Below, in pieces: positions 1 to 8,733 of a stretch of 35,851 bases of DNA. The stretch lies in the UHGV virus genome UHGV-0135983; one strand, written 5' to 3'. The position numbers and the translations under genes are program-made. The stretch comes from a virus. Position 1 is the first letter of the stretch; each line of letters opens with the position of its first letter. A model generated the notes under the pieces. That model was not told the origin of the DNA and did not search any database. It saw only the letters and a program-made list of their open reading frames with translations.

Positions 1-125
1 TCATTTAGCCGGCACGGCCGGTTCATCAAATCCGGGGATGGCGTTGGCCGCGTCGATTGCTCGTTGGCGCAACTGCACAGCATCACTATCAAACTTGCAC
101 ACAGTACGATTCGGGTCATTGACAT
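1..125 (-). CDS. o-spanin (Rz1-like lipoprotein), partial; 3' end runs off the window start
   Basis: ATG at 125..123 in an alternative frame inside Rz; reads MSMTRIVLCASLIVMLCSCANEQSTRPTPSPDLMNRPCRLN with signal peptide, Cys lipobox-like LCSC and Pro-rich segment; no stop before position 1. Confidence 0.5.
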   Translation of the reverse strand, partial: MSMTRIVLCASLIVMLCSCANEQSTRPTPSPDLMNRPCRLN

Positions 126-378
126 ATTTCACCACATCACGATAAACAGTACGGTAAATCACTTTGGCTTCAGCATTCGCCGTCGCCGCCTTCTGCTCGC
201 CTTCTGCTACCGCTTTTTCCTGTTTTGGCAGTCTGGCTTTAGCCTGGCTGTTCACTTGCTCAGAATGCGCGTACCAGCCTTTCAGATACCCCGCCCAGAA
301 AATACCAGCGGCCACCGCCAGCACTCCCCCAACGATCATCATTTTGGTTTTGCCGTTCACTCGTACAGCCCCCAGCAC
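1..378 (-). CDS. i-spanin (Rz-like)
   Basis: 125 aa, N-terminal TM segment (MMIVGGVLAVAAGIFWAGYL) then charged helical region; last gene of lysis cassette; GTG start with AGGAAAG upstream, ATG alternatives at 342/339. Confidence 0.7.
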   Translation of the reverse strand: MLGAVRVNGKTKMMIVGGVLAVAAGIFWAGYLKGWYAHSEQVNSQAKARLPKQEKAVAEGEQKAATANAEAKVIYRTVYRDVVKYVNDPNRTVCKFDSDAVQLRQRAIDAANAIPGFDEPAVPAK

Positions 379-893
379 GTTAGCGCACTTTCCTGCTCCC
401 GGCGGTCAACCTGCCCGTAACAGCCGTTTTTCTGTCCTTTGGTCAGTCGGCAATCCCGTCCACCATCGAAAACCCAGCGCCGGATCTCCGCGCACGCCCC
501 TTTGCGGTCGCCGGCATTGAGTTTGCGGTAGAACGTCGAGGGGAAGCATTTACCCGGACCGATGTTGTAGGGGCAGAAGCTGGCGATCCCGACCTTCTGC
601 GGCGGCGTCAGCGGAACGTGCACATTCTTTTCAACCCATGCCAGCGCCTTATCGCGCTCGATGGCGTTAACTTTCTTGCACTGAGCCTCGGTTGCTCTTT
701 GACCCTTAATGACACGCTTGCCATCTATAACGGTTACTCCGTGGCACAACGACCACACACCGCCGGGGTCAACAACGGCCACCAGCGCGTTACCTTCTTT
801 TTCGCTGATAAACTGATCGAACAGCACCGGCGCAGATGCACCGGCGGCCAGAAGCGCCAACATTGCGGCGCTGAACTTAGCTTTGTTGCTCAT
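357..893 (-). CDS. SAR endolysin, T4-lysozyme-like (phage 21 R type)
   Basis: Start taken at internal Met ([23 protein letters not shown], signal-anchor-release-like); E-x8-D-x5-T catalytic spacing ([22 protein letters not shown]); GACAEIRRW motif resembles P21 R. Confidence 0.85.
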   Translation of the reverse strand: MSNKAKFSAAMLALLAAGASAPVLFDQFISEKEGNALVAVVDPGGVWSLCHGVTVIDGKRVIKGQRATEAQCKKVNAIERDKALAWVEKNVHVPLTPPQKVGIASFCPYNIGPGKCFPSTFYRKLNAGDRKGACAEIRRWVFDGGRDCRLTKGQKNGCYGQVDRREQESALTCWGLYE

Positions 894-1107
894 AGTCCTG
901 TGCCTTCCGCCGGTCGTCTTTAATTTTGAAATACAGATTAGTGAGGTAGGTAAGCAACCCGAAAACAATACTTGCCAGAACGCCTATAGCCGCCCACTGG
1001 CTGGGGCTTACCTTGTCGAGAAGTTGCAGCAGCCAGAAGCTGCCGCTTACTGTGGATGTGATGTACGACGTTCCCGCCGCCACATCCGGTAGATTCTTCA
1101 TTCGCAT
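877..1107 (-). CDS. pinholin (phage 21 S-like class II holin), dual-start MRM
   Basis: 76 aa; [40 protein letters not shown] closely resembles S21; two TM segments; Met1-Arg-Met3 suggests antiholin/holin pair. Confidence 0.85.
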   Translation of the reverse strand: MRMKNLPDVAAGTSYITSTVSGSFWLLQLLDKVSPSQWAAIGVLASIVFGLLTYLTNLYFKIKDDRRKAQDYEQQS

Positions 1108-1161
1108 GCCTTACCCCTCGGGGGTTCACTGTGTAGTGAAGCGAGGGTAAGGCGTTAACCA

Positions 1162-1178
1162 GGTCGGAATCCTGACTA
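1162..1178 (-). promoter_or_regulatory. conserved late-junction element copy 1 (GGTCGGAATCCTGACTA on + strand), upstream of holin
   Basis: Invariant 11-mer GGATTCCGACC on the coding (-) strand shared with three other sites; 55 nt upstream of holin ATG. Confidence 0.5.
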
Positions 1179-1183
1179 AATAT

Positions 1184-3304
1184 TTAAGCGTTGAAACCAC
1201 CGACTCGAACTTTTAGCGTAGAGAGGTCAACATTAGCAGTTATGTTTAATACACCACTCCCCGCTGAAATAGAGAATAAGCGCCGTCCGCCTGACGTTCC
1301 GCCCCCCGCCGGTGGAGTGGTATCGAGTTCACCTGTGATCGATATTGAAATGGTACCCTCACGGTTAGCAACGAGTAGCTCTAAACATTCAGCCCAGGTG
1401 AATTGTGCTGACGACCATGCGTCAATAAAAATACGCTGAGTAGTTCGGTTTGGAATTGTGATGGATTTCACTTCCCCTGTATTTACCAGCCCCTGAAAAC
1501 GGGTTCCGTAATCTATCCAGCTGATACTGTACCCTGGCGACCCCGTTGTGGGATTTTGAGATGTATACCAGGTCTGAGTCCGCACTCCTGTATGACTGAT
1601 TGACTGGAGAGGTCGAGCAAACTGATCGCGGTGGATGTATGCATTCGCCCGTATACCATTACTTTGCAGATCTATATCTGCTGTTCGGGGGTTAGGATAT
1701 AAACCAGATCCCCCCACATCAAACATCGCATAATGATTTGCTACGGCGGGTATCCAGCCATTTCTGTCGAGGTTCCTGAAAAAATCTTCAAAGGCAAGCC
1801 AGTACGATTGCTGATGCCCAAACAAATTGGGGTGAACAGTCTGTATTTCCGGCGTCCGATTGAATAATGCCGTTTCGCCATATTTAGCTACAGCATCAAA
1901 CCAGTATTTTTCAACATCAATCAGCACACAGCCCATTTCTACCGCGATTTGCCTGATGGCATCGTTTCCACGCAGGAAGCGAACACCTGCCTGTATGTTT
2001 ACACCATTCCATTCAAACGTGACGTTTGACTCTGCCGCTGAAGGGATAATGTCCTCATCGGAAACAGGAAGTGGAGAAAATGATGGCCACACCTGATTAA
2101 CAGACGGCGGCATGCTCCAGCTGTACTCAGCTATATTTGGATGCGGTGTGGTTGTCAAAACAACATCACCGCCAGCCTCCCTGACTAAATTAATCGCGGC
2201 TCTAAGACGCTGCTTAAATCCATTTTCATTGAACGTTTGCCCGGCATTATAGTTTGCCGTTGGGAAATCATTCATACCATAGACAAAGAGCGCGATATCA
2301 GGATATACACCTTCTGCGACGACGCCAGACCACTGATTTACAATGAAGTTATTTATCGACGAACCATTAGCCCCCCTGTTTTCGAAAGTAAGAGGATAAA
2401 TTCCTTGTTTGTTAAGAGTTTTATTTAAGTATTCGAAAAACTTAGCGATAGGGGCTTGCGTTGCAGGATCTGGAAGTGTTGCACCCACTTGCACTGAACT
2501 ACCGAAACCGTAAGCTCTGAACAAATCCTGATAGCCGGTAACGCCATGCCGATAAGCTGTTAATTTATTAATAAACTTTGGAAACAGAGCCTGTGATGAG
2601 CCAGACGCAGCACGAATAGATGCCTCTACCGTTCTTCCTGTTTCAGTAGCAACTAAGCCAGCACCGTCCTTCGAAGCCAGCTTAATAGCCAGATCTGCAG
2701 TTTGAGTCTGTCCGGCGATCGGTACCGGGTTTCCCTGGTCATTAAATCCCAGAAGCATATTTGAACGCGGAGCCACCGGATAAAGCATGCCTACCTGATT
2801 TTCAGGAACGCGTAACGTACGGGAAAAGTTTACCTGTTCAGTTTGGATAACGTATTTTTTTGTAGCGGCGTCCTGATTATCAACAGGGTCCAGTAAATTG
2901 CTAATTCTGTATCCCTGAGCATTAAACGGCCCACCGGACAGCGGGCGAGTTATTGCCAGTCCGAGTTCGAGGAATGCCCGTTGGATAGCCATCCAGATAC
3001 GGTCAAAGTCCTTATTAATAGTATCCGCCAGTAAGTCCCCGTTATCCTGATAATCCGTTAACCGGAACGTCGGAACAACACGCTGTAACATAACGACAGC
3101 GCCATTCGCCGGCGGCGTCAGAAAGGAGATATCACCACCATCTTTATTTCCAACCCCCGCGACGGAATACCCACTGGTAACAATATTTCCGTTTATGCTT
3201 ACCTGCAGATCGCTGGCACTAATGATATAGAACTGGTACGTAAAAACGGTTGTCAGGCCGTTAGCCGTATAGATGTTATAGGGTATCTGGTTCGGTACCG
3301 ACAT
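1184..3304 (-). CDS. tail fiber / tailspike with T7 gp17-like N-terminal domain and possible SGNH-hydrolase-like central domain
   Basis: Start chosen at MSVPNQIPYNIYTANGLTTVFTYQFYI (GGAG RBS; longer ORF to 3367 would overlap the upstream gene); N-terminus has the T7 fiber-type pattern; central GFGSS / YGMND / VHPN motifs resemble SGNH esterase blocks. Confidence 0.7.
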   Translation of the reverse strand: MSVPNQIPYNIYTANGLTTVFTYQFYIISASDLQVSINGNIVTSGYSVAGVGNKDGGDISFLTPPANGAVVMLQRVVPTFRLTDYQDNGDLLADTINKDFDRIWMAIQRAFLELGLAITRPLSGGPFNAQGYRISNLLDPVDNQDAATKKYVIQTEQVNFSRTLRVPENQVGMLYPVAPRSNMLLGFNDQGNPVPIAGQTQTADLAIKLASKDGAGLVATETGRTVEASIRAASGSSQALFPKFINKLTAYRHGVTGYQDLFRAYGFGSSVQVGATLPDPATQAPIAKFFEYLNKTLNKQGIYPLTFENRGANGSSINNFIVNQWSGVVAEGVYPDIALFVYGMNDFPTANYNAGQTFNENGFKQRLRAAINLVREAGGDVVLTTTPHPNIAEYSWSMPPSVNQVWPSFSPLPVSDEDIIPSAAESNVTFEWNGVNIQAGVRFLRGNDAIRQIAVEMGCVLIDVEKYWFDAVAKYGETALFNRTPEIQTVHPNLFGHQQSYWLAFEDFFRNLDRNGWIPAVANHYAMFDVGGSGLYPNPRTADIDLQSNGIRANAYIHRDQFARPLQSISHTGVRTQTWYTSQNPTTGSPGYSISWIDYGTRFQGLVNTGEVKSITIPNRTTQRIFIDAWSSAQFTWAECLELLVANREGTISISITGELDTTPPAGGGTSGGRRLFSISAGSGVLNITANVDLSTLKVRVGGFNA

Positions 3305-3321
3305 ATGGGGAACTCCGGCGG

Positions 3322-4932
3322 CTAATAATCTACGGCGACCATGTGATCGCCATCGTTTGGTTGCCAATGTTCCCGCGCCTGTGCGGTCGGAATCCCGACC
3401 AATTTACCTATACGTACCGGAGTTGAGCTGATAGCACCGGAGCCGGAGTCGATAAAGTCATCGGGCTGATTAGTCAGCGCCGGGTTAAAGTCTCGCATCT
3501 GGTCGTACATTGGGCCGTCGAGCACGTCGGTGTGCGCCCAAAGGAACCGCGACGACAGCGGCGCTTCGAAGGCATCGAGGATGCGTTTCTGTTTATTGGT
3601 CACGCTGAATTCTTCCCGGACGCCGCAACCTGTACCCTTCAACGCCTGAATCAGCAATTTGCCGGCGAAGCTGCCCGGGCCGTTCACCTCGACGCAAATC
3701 AGGGGGATCTGATACTTCAACACCAGCTCTTTAATCTGCATCACCTGACCGCCGGTGATTTTGTCGTTGTCGTCAAATTCTGCCAGTTCGCCCGTAAGCC
3801 CCTGGCAAACATGCCAGTACAGATGCCCGCGCGCGTCGGTGAAAATCAGAGAGAACGCCGAGGCGTCGGCCTTAACTTTGCCGGTGGCCACATCCCACCA
3901 GGCGACAGCACCAACAATTTGCGTCTGGCCAAGCCACATCGAACAGGAGCGGTTCGCGTATCGGATTTCAGGCTGAACGTTGTATTCTCGGATACGGTCA
4001 GGATCAAGACGAACCTCGCCAACCGGTTTACTGTGCAGCTGGTACTGACTGTCCCATTCGTTAATTGTGCGAGTCTCGCGGCGGCGCTTTGTCATTTCCT
4101 CCGGAGTGAATCTTTCCGGCCATTCACAATCGGCGTAACAGTCAACCGTGGTACCGGGAGCCTCGGCAAACTCGATACCATCATCGTTAAGACGATAATC
4201 AACACCTTCAACGAGCAGTCGCGCGCCAATGTGAATACCGACGAAAACATATTCAGGCCGGAACGGTAACGAGTAACGGCTAGCGGTAGCCTGTTTTTCC
4301 TCGATGCGAAATTCTTTGCCGAATAGTTTGATGGTCAGACAGTCGGCGCCCATAGATTCAACCTCATCGTAAAGGCTATCGTGGGTATGCGGCGTGCCGA
4401 TAAACAGCTTTCGCCCGCCGGGGACAAGAATGTGTGTCTGTTCACCCAGACGATAACGCAGCTTTTCCCGCGCCTCCGGCGTCTGGATATTCCGGGGCAC
4501 TTCTACGTCATCGTTCTGACATTCATCGGCACGGGCCGAGGTGACGTTAGAGAGGATCCCCTTTGCGTACATGCTGCCGTTACGCATATCCAGCGAGCCG
4601 TTAACCCACCATTGCTCAACGGTTCCCTGTCCGTCGGGTAGCATACCTTTGGTCAGCGGATGATTGCGTAAAACGTTCTGCGTATCGCGGCTGGTTTTGT
4701 ACGCGGTGCCGTCAGCTTCAGACTGGTGAAGAATGCGGTACTGGCGGTTCTGGTAATATCGCCATGCGTTATACACCGCCAGAATGGTGGATTTTCCGAA
4801 GCCACGGAAACAGCGAAGCACCGCGAGATCCCCGCGGTGTTCCAGCCAGTGGCAGGCTCGATAATGGCAGTCGGGAACCTCCCACCCCATCCGCTCCGCC
4901 CATATGATGAAAAAGGCGACGAATGAAATCAT
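3322..4932 (-). CDS. terminase large subunit (putative)
   Basis: 536 aa; Walker A-like RGFGKSTILA near N-terminus, acidic Walker B-like ADECQNDD; sits between a small putative TerS and the tail fiber. Confidence 0.6.
   Translation of the reverse strand: MISFVAFFIIWAERMGWEVPDCHYRACHWLEHRGDLAVLRCFRGFGKSTILAVYNAWRYYQNRQYRILHQSEADGTAYKTSRDTQNVLRNHPLTKGMLPDGQGTVEQWWVNGSLDMRNGSMYAKGILSNVTSARADECQNDDVEVPRNIQTPEAREKLRYRLGEQTHILVPGGRKLFIGTPHTHDSLYDEVESMGADCLTIKLFGKEFRIEEKQATASRYSLPFRPEYVFVGIHIGARLLVEGVDYRLNDDGIEFAEAPGTTVDCYADCEWPERFTPEEMTKRRRETRTINEWDSQYQLHSKPVGEVRLDPDRIREYNVQPEIRYANRSCSMWLGQTQIVGAVAWWDVATGKVKADASAFSLIFTDARGHLYWHVCQGLTGELAEFDDNDKITGGQVMQIKELVLKYQIPLICVEVNGPGSFAGKLLIQALKGTGCGVREEFSVTNKQKRILDAFEAPLSSRFLWAHTDVLDGPMYDQMRDFNPALTNQPDDFIDSGSGAISSTPVRIGKLVGIPTAQAREHWQPNDGDHMVAVDY
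3385..3402 (-). promoter_or_regulatory. conserved late-junction element copy 2 (GGTCGGAATCCCGACCAA), inside terminase 3' end, upstream of tail fiber
   Basis: Same invariant 11-mer; lies within the last ~27 codons of the upstream CDS, 84 nt before the fiber ATG at 3304. Confidence 0.5.
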
Positions 4933-5270
4933 TTTTTCCGCTGTTGTATGCGTTCGATAACTTCCTGTGCTGCACGTTCAGCGGCAGATACCTGTTGGCC
5001 CAGGCGGAATGCTTCATCGTCCGGATCCTCGCCGGGTTTAGGCGTTCCCCCGCGCGTATGCATGCCAATCAGCGAATGGACTTTTACCAGCAGGGTTAGC
5101 GATGCGGCCGCATTCTTCTTATGCCAGTACCGATCGCCGCGTTCCTGTTTGGTGTGCTTTGTGACTTCCTTCCCTGCCCCCGGCCAGTTATCCGGATCGG
5201 CTTCTTCAAGAACTACATCGGTGAGCTTATCGCTAAGAGCGGTCAGGCGGGTTTTGTAATCTGAATGCAT
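4929..5270 (-). CDS. terminase small subunit (putative, by position)
   Basis: 113 aa, immediately upstream of and overlapping the putative TerL start; no recognisable motif. Confidence 0.35.
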   Translation of the reverse strand: MHSDYKTRLTALSDKLTDVVLEEADPDNWPGAGKEVTKHTKQERGDRYWHKKNAAASLTLLVKVHSLIGMHTRGGTPKPGEDPDDEAFRLGQQVSAAERAAQEVIERIQQRKK

Positions 5271-5317
5271 AAAAAAGCCCCGTGGTTATCCATAGGGCTA
5301 TAATGTGCCGGGCTAGA

Positions 5318-5333
5318 GGTCGGAATCCTGACT
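5318..5333 (-). promoter_or_regulatory. conserved late-junction element copy 3 (GGTCGGAATCCTGACT), upstream of putative TerS
   Basis: Same invariant 11-mer, 45 nt upstream of the ATG at 5270. Confidence 0.5.
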
Positions 5334-5404
5334 ATTGCATATGCAGCGATGTACGTATAAAACTAGCCGACATTAATATAATCATTTTCATTCAGAGGCT
5401 CCCT

Positions 5405-5842
5405 GTGAAAACTTTATTCCCCTTAATACTGTTTATCGTAACTTCTACCGTTTGCGCCAAAGAAGTTAAATATGACTTTCCTCCAGATGGGGAAATGGCA
5501 AAATCACTCAAACCAGAAATTGTTGGCGTGGCTAATTATGAAATGGTCAATAGAAGCGTGCGCTTAAAAGCTTTAGATGTTGGTGAAAAAAATGTTTCTC
5601 TCCTGGTAGTCATAGGTGCTACCGACACCAGAAAACCCGTTACTCAAGCTAACATCCCTGACAAACAATCAATCTCATTAACTAAACAGCAAATTGTGAA
5701 CAAATATTGTGCACCATTCGGGTATGGCAATTGGTACTTTGATGCCTTCAAACAGCGGGGTGTAAAACTGCACTATTACTTTTACTCGGCAGTAGACACC
5801 CCGTTATTTACATTCACGGTAAATAAATCTGATTGCGATTAA
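5405..5842 (+). CDS. secreted hypothetical protein (moron, opposite strand to virion genes)
   Basis: GTG start with AGAGG RBS 7 nt upstream; N-terminal signal peptide VKTLFPLILFIVTSTVCA; AT-rich relative to flanks; TATAAT-like boxes at 5299..5304 and 5377..5382; stop overlaps the convergent internal virion gene stop. Confidence 0.5.
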   Translation: MKTLFPLILFIVTSTVCAKEVKYDFPPDGEMAKSLKPEIVGVANYEMVNRSVRLKALDVGEKNVSLLVVIGATDTRKPVTQANIPDKQSISLTKQQIVNKYCAPFGYGNWYFDAFKQRGVKLHYYFYSAVDTPLFTFTVNKSDCD

Positions 5843-8733
5843 CGCATACCGGGATCGACCTGGTTAATCAGCGGCGCAATCCAGAACAGATTATTACCGG
5901 GTAACAGCGTACGCACGTTATGCAGCACACGGTCGCCGGCGTCGCCATTCAGCACGCCGGCGGTTACATCTGTAACGGTATCCAGCAGGCCAAAGGTTGG
6001 CCCCAGAGCAGAACCGATAAAGCCGCGGCTGGCGTAACGGGACTGCGTACCGGTGCCGAGCAATGGCCCTAGCCCTACCATCCCGCCGGATGCCTTTTCA
6101 GCCATGTTGTTATATTCCATCAGTGGACCGAGGATACCAGAACGGTCGATGCCCTCGAGAACCATCTTCTGCGGGGTCAAATCAACTTCCCGGCCATTAG
6201 CCGCCTGCTTAAGCGCATAGGTCAAAGAGCCCAGGCCAATCTGGAAGGCGGTGCCGTAATAGAACTGCGCGGTACCTTCCTGCAGGCCGCCGAGCGTTGC
6301 GCGATTATAGGATGCCGTAGCAAAAGACTTAAACTGGAATACGGTTTTCCCCAGCGGGGTACTAGCCCACAGCGGCGTATCACCGATCCCCGGCGTGATA
6401 ACTGTATTGTTTACGTCTTTCAGTACCGCGGATTGCAGCAAACCGGCGGCGTACTGGTCATCCCATTTTTCGAAATTGCCGATATGCCAACCCTGAATAA
6501 CTTCGCCGTGCTTCTGAAATTCTCGCTGGATGCGTTCGGCCATCTTCTCATTGATGCCGAGTTTTGCCAGGCGCTTCGCAGGGAACGCGCCGGACAGAAT
6601 ACCGTCGGACGTGATCATGCCATTCACCGATTTGTTCATATCGTCAAAGTGGCCCATCATGGTCAACTTGCCGAACACATCGGTAATACGTTCCATGCCA
6701 GCTTCTGCAGCTGTCGTACGTGAAGAGCTATCGACCAGATCCCCCATCGTACGCGCGCGGGTATGCAGTATGGTTTCAAGTCCAACGGCCATTTTCTTCT
6801 GATCCGCCCGGCTGGCGAGGTAAGCCGGCGAGCGGGTAATCAGTGCGCCATATCCACGCATGGTATTGCTGAAGCCGTTAACCATCATGCCGCGCGCCAG
6901 ATCCGGGATAGCGGATACCGTCATGCCACCGAGTTTTGTTACAAAGTTGGCGCTACGCAGGAAAGCACCGGCGCGGACGAAAAATGATGATGGGTCATCC
7001 GGCATACCGTAGGTACCAACGAGGCGATCGCGGAGCGCCAGAATATCGCGCAGGTCGGCTTCGCGCGCCTTCGCCAGCTTTTCCTGTTCTGCCGGGCGTA
7101 AACGCATCAGCGCGTCGTATTCGTCCTGGATGGCGGCGAGCTGCGAATCCAGCGACTTATTGCCAAAGGTGCGGGTTAATTCGATTTCTGCTGAGGCTTC
7201 ACGAATATGACGCTGCAGGACGTAGTTAGCATCGCTCTCCAGATAATCTTTCATCAGGCGATCGGGAACGCTCAACGTACGCGATTTTGTGCTACCCGGC
7301 GCTTTCACCATAAAGACGTTGGCGAACTCCTGCGGAATTTTGGCCCCGACAATACGGTTGATAGTGGTATCTGCGGCAATTTCGGCATCTTCGCGGGACA
7401 TGGTTTTTTCACCGCGTGACCACCAGTCAACCAGCATGTTGCGGAATTTATCGCGCTCGCTAACGATTTTCCCTACCTTGTACACGCGTGGGAAATAGCT
7501 GGTCTGTCCCATCGCTTTCAGTTCGGCATCCGGCGGAAGTAAACCCAGTTCCTGCTGTGCCGTCTTCACACGATTGATGACCGTACGCATTGCCTGTGCC
7601 GCTTCCTGCACTTTCGCATTAACGTGCACGTCACCGTTGCGCAGCGCCTCGCCAACCTGTTCACGGAAGGCCGTATAACCCAGATCGCCGCCTTCGGCTT
7701 TGTACTGGGTGTATGCCTGCTTATTCGCAGTAACGACGGCCGCCTCTTCACGGCGCCAGCCACGTACGCGCGTCTCAGCTGCAACCGGCGTTTCAATACC
7801 GCGCAGGTTGCCTTCCAGCGTGAAGTTATTCTCTGCAAGTTCCAGCGCTGTCCGGCGCGCTTCTTTTGATGGGGATTCCATCAGGCGGGTGATCGGCGTC
7901 AGATAGCTACCGGCTTTTTTAGCCAGCTTGCCTAGTGGGCCGCCAGACACCGGTGTGAGATCATCCAGCGTAGCTTCGCGGATACGCATGGCGCCGACGC
8001 TGCCACCATTCGGTAAAGTATCCGCCAGGGCATCAGCTGCGTTGTTAATCGTTGGCGAGGCGTTCATATTATCGAGCGCCTCCGCCACTTCACGGGTGGC
8101 CGCATTTCTTACCGACGGGGTGATCATCGCGCCAGCAGTGGCAAATACACCGCTGAGAAGTGCGCCGGCAGTAATGTGTGCGGCGCTCTCCCTGGCTGTT
8201 CTGGTGTACTGCTCGTTATTGAGCGCAACCTCGCTAAGTGCGGTACCGGCAGCGCCAATAGCAACCTGAGAACCAATACGCGCAGCCAAGCTTCCCTGCG
8301 CACCAGGAATAAACATCGATGCGACCGTGACAGGGTCGATAATTCCGGCGGCGATACTAGCCAAAGTTCCTTCAGCGCCTGTTTCAGACAGCACCCGGCG
8401 GTCTTCGTTTTCATCGTCTATCTGGTTTTTAATCCAGGCGGTTTCCTCTGGGGATTTTGAATCCGCAAAGGCGGATCCCCATTGTTCGTACCCCTTTAGT
8501 TCGTTTTTATCAGAATAAGGGTTATAACCGTCCGCCGGTTCGAATTGTTTAGCCGGGCGGAACATTCCGGCCAGCAGGTTATTCTGACGAAAAGCGGCAT
8601 CCCATACAGACGGTTGCTGTTGCAGCGGTTCCGGGTTAGTTCCTTTAGGCAGAGATACATCAAAACCAGTTGGCTCCTGAAGAGCATTATCCATTACGCT
8701 TAGCGGTTCGTCAGATTGTGGGTAGAAAGGCAT
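5839..8733 (-). CDS. internal virion / ejection protein (T7 gp15/gp16-like, large)
   Basis: 964 aa, directly follows the SLT-domain protein with overlapping stop/start; position and size as in T7-type core proteins. Confidence 0.55.
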   Translation of the reverse strand: MPFYPQSDEPLSVMDNALQEPTGFDVSLPKGTNPEPLQQQPSVWDAAFRQNNLLAGMFRPAKQFEPADGYNPYSDKNELKGYEQWGSAFADSKSPEETAWIKNQIDDENEDRRVLSETGAEGTLASIAAGIIDPVTVASMFIPGAQGSLAARIGSQVAIGAAGTALSEVALNNEQYTRTARESAAHITAGALLSGVFATAGAMITPSVRNAATREVAEALDNMNASPTINNAADALADTLPNGGSVGAMRIREATLDDLTPVSGGPLGKLAKKAGSYLTPITRLMESPSKEARRTALELAENNFTLEGNLRGIETPVAAETRVRGWRREEAAVVTANKQAYTQYKAEGGDLGYTAFREQVGEALRNGDVHVNAKVQEAAQAMRTVINRVKTAQQELGLLPPDAELKAMGQTSYFPRVYKVGKIVSERDKFRNMLVDWWSRGEKTMSREDAEIAADTTINRIVGAKIPQEFANVFMVKAPGSTKSRTLSVPDRLMKDYLESDANYVLQRHIREASAEIELTRTFGNKSLDSQLAAIQDEYDALMRLRPAEQEKLAKAREADLRDILALRDRLVGTYGMPDDPSSFFVRAGAFLRSANFVTKLGGMTVSAIPDLARGMMVNGFSNTMRGYGALITRSPAYLASRADQKKMAVGLETILHTRARTMGDLVDSSSRTTAAEAGMERITDVFGKLTMMGHFDDMNKSVNGMITSDGILSGAFPAKRLAKLGINEKMAERIQREFQKHGEVIQGWHIGNFEKWDDQYAAGLLQSAVLKDVNNTVITPGIGDTPLWASTPLGKTVFQFKSFATASYNRATLGGLQEGTAQFYYGTAFQIGLGSLTYALKQAANGREVDLTPQKMVLEGIDRSGILGPLMEYNNMAEKASGGMVGLGPLLGTGTQSRYASRGFIGSALGPTFGLLDTVTDVTAGVLNGDAGDRVLHNVRTLLPGNNLFWIAPLINQVDPGMR

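Noticed and set aside
3532-4269. 245-aa ORF on the + strand
   Set aside because: Antisense shadow ORF inside the putative terminase large subunit; no RBS or recognisable motif.
5282-5404. ATG at 5282 as start of the secreted-protein gene
   Set aside because: Would add a non-hydrophobic extension before the signal peptide and overlap the promoter-like region; GTG at 5405 has an RBS and begins the signal peptide. Remains uncertain.
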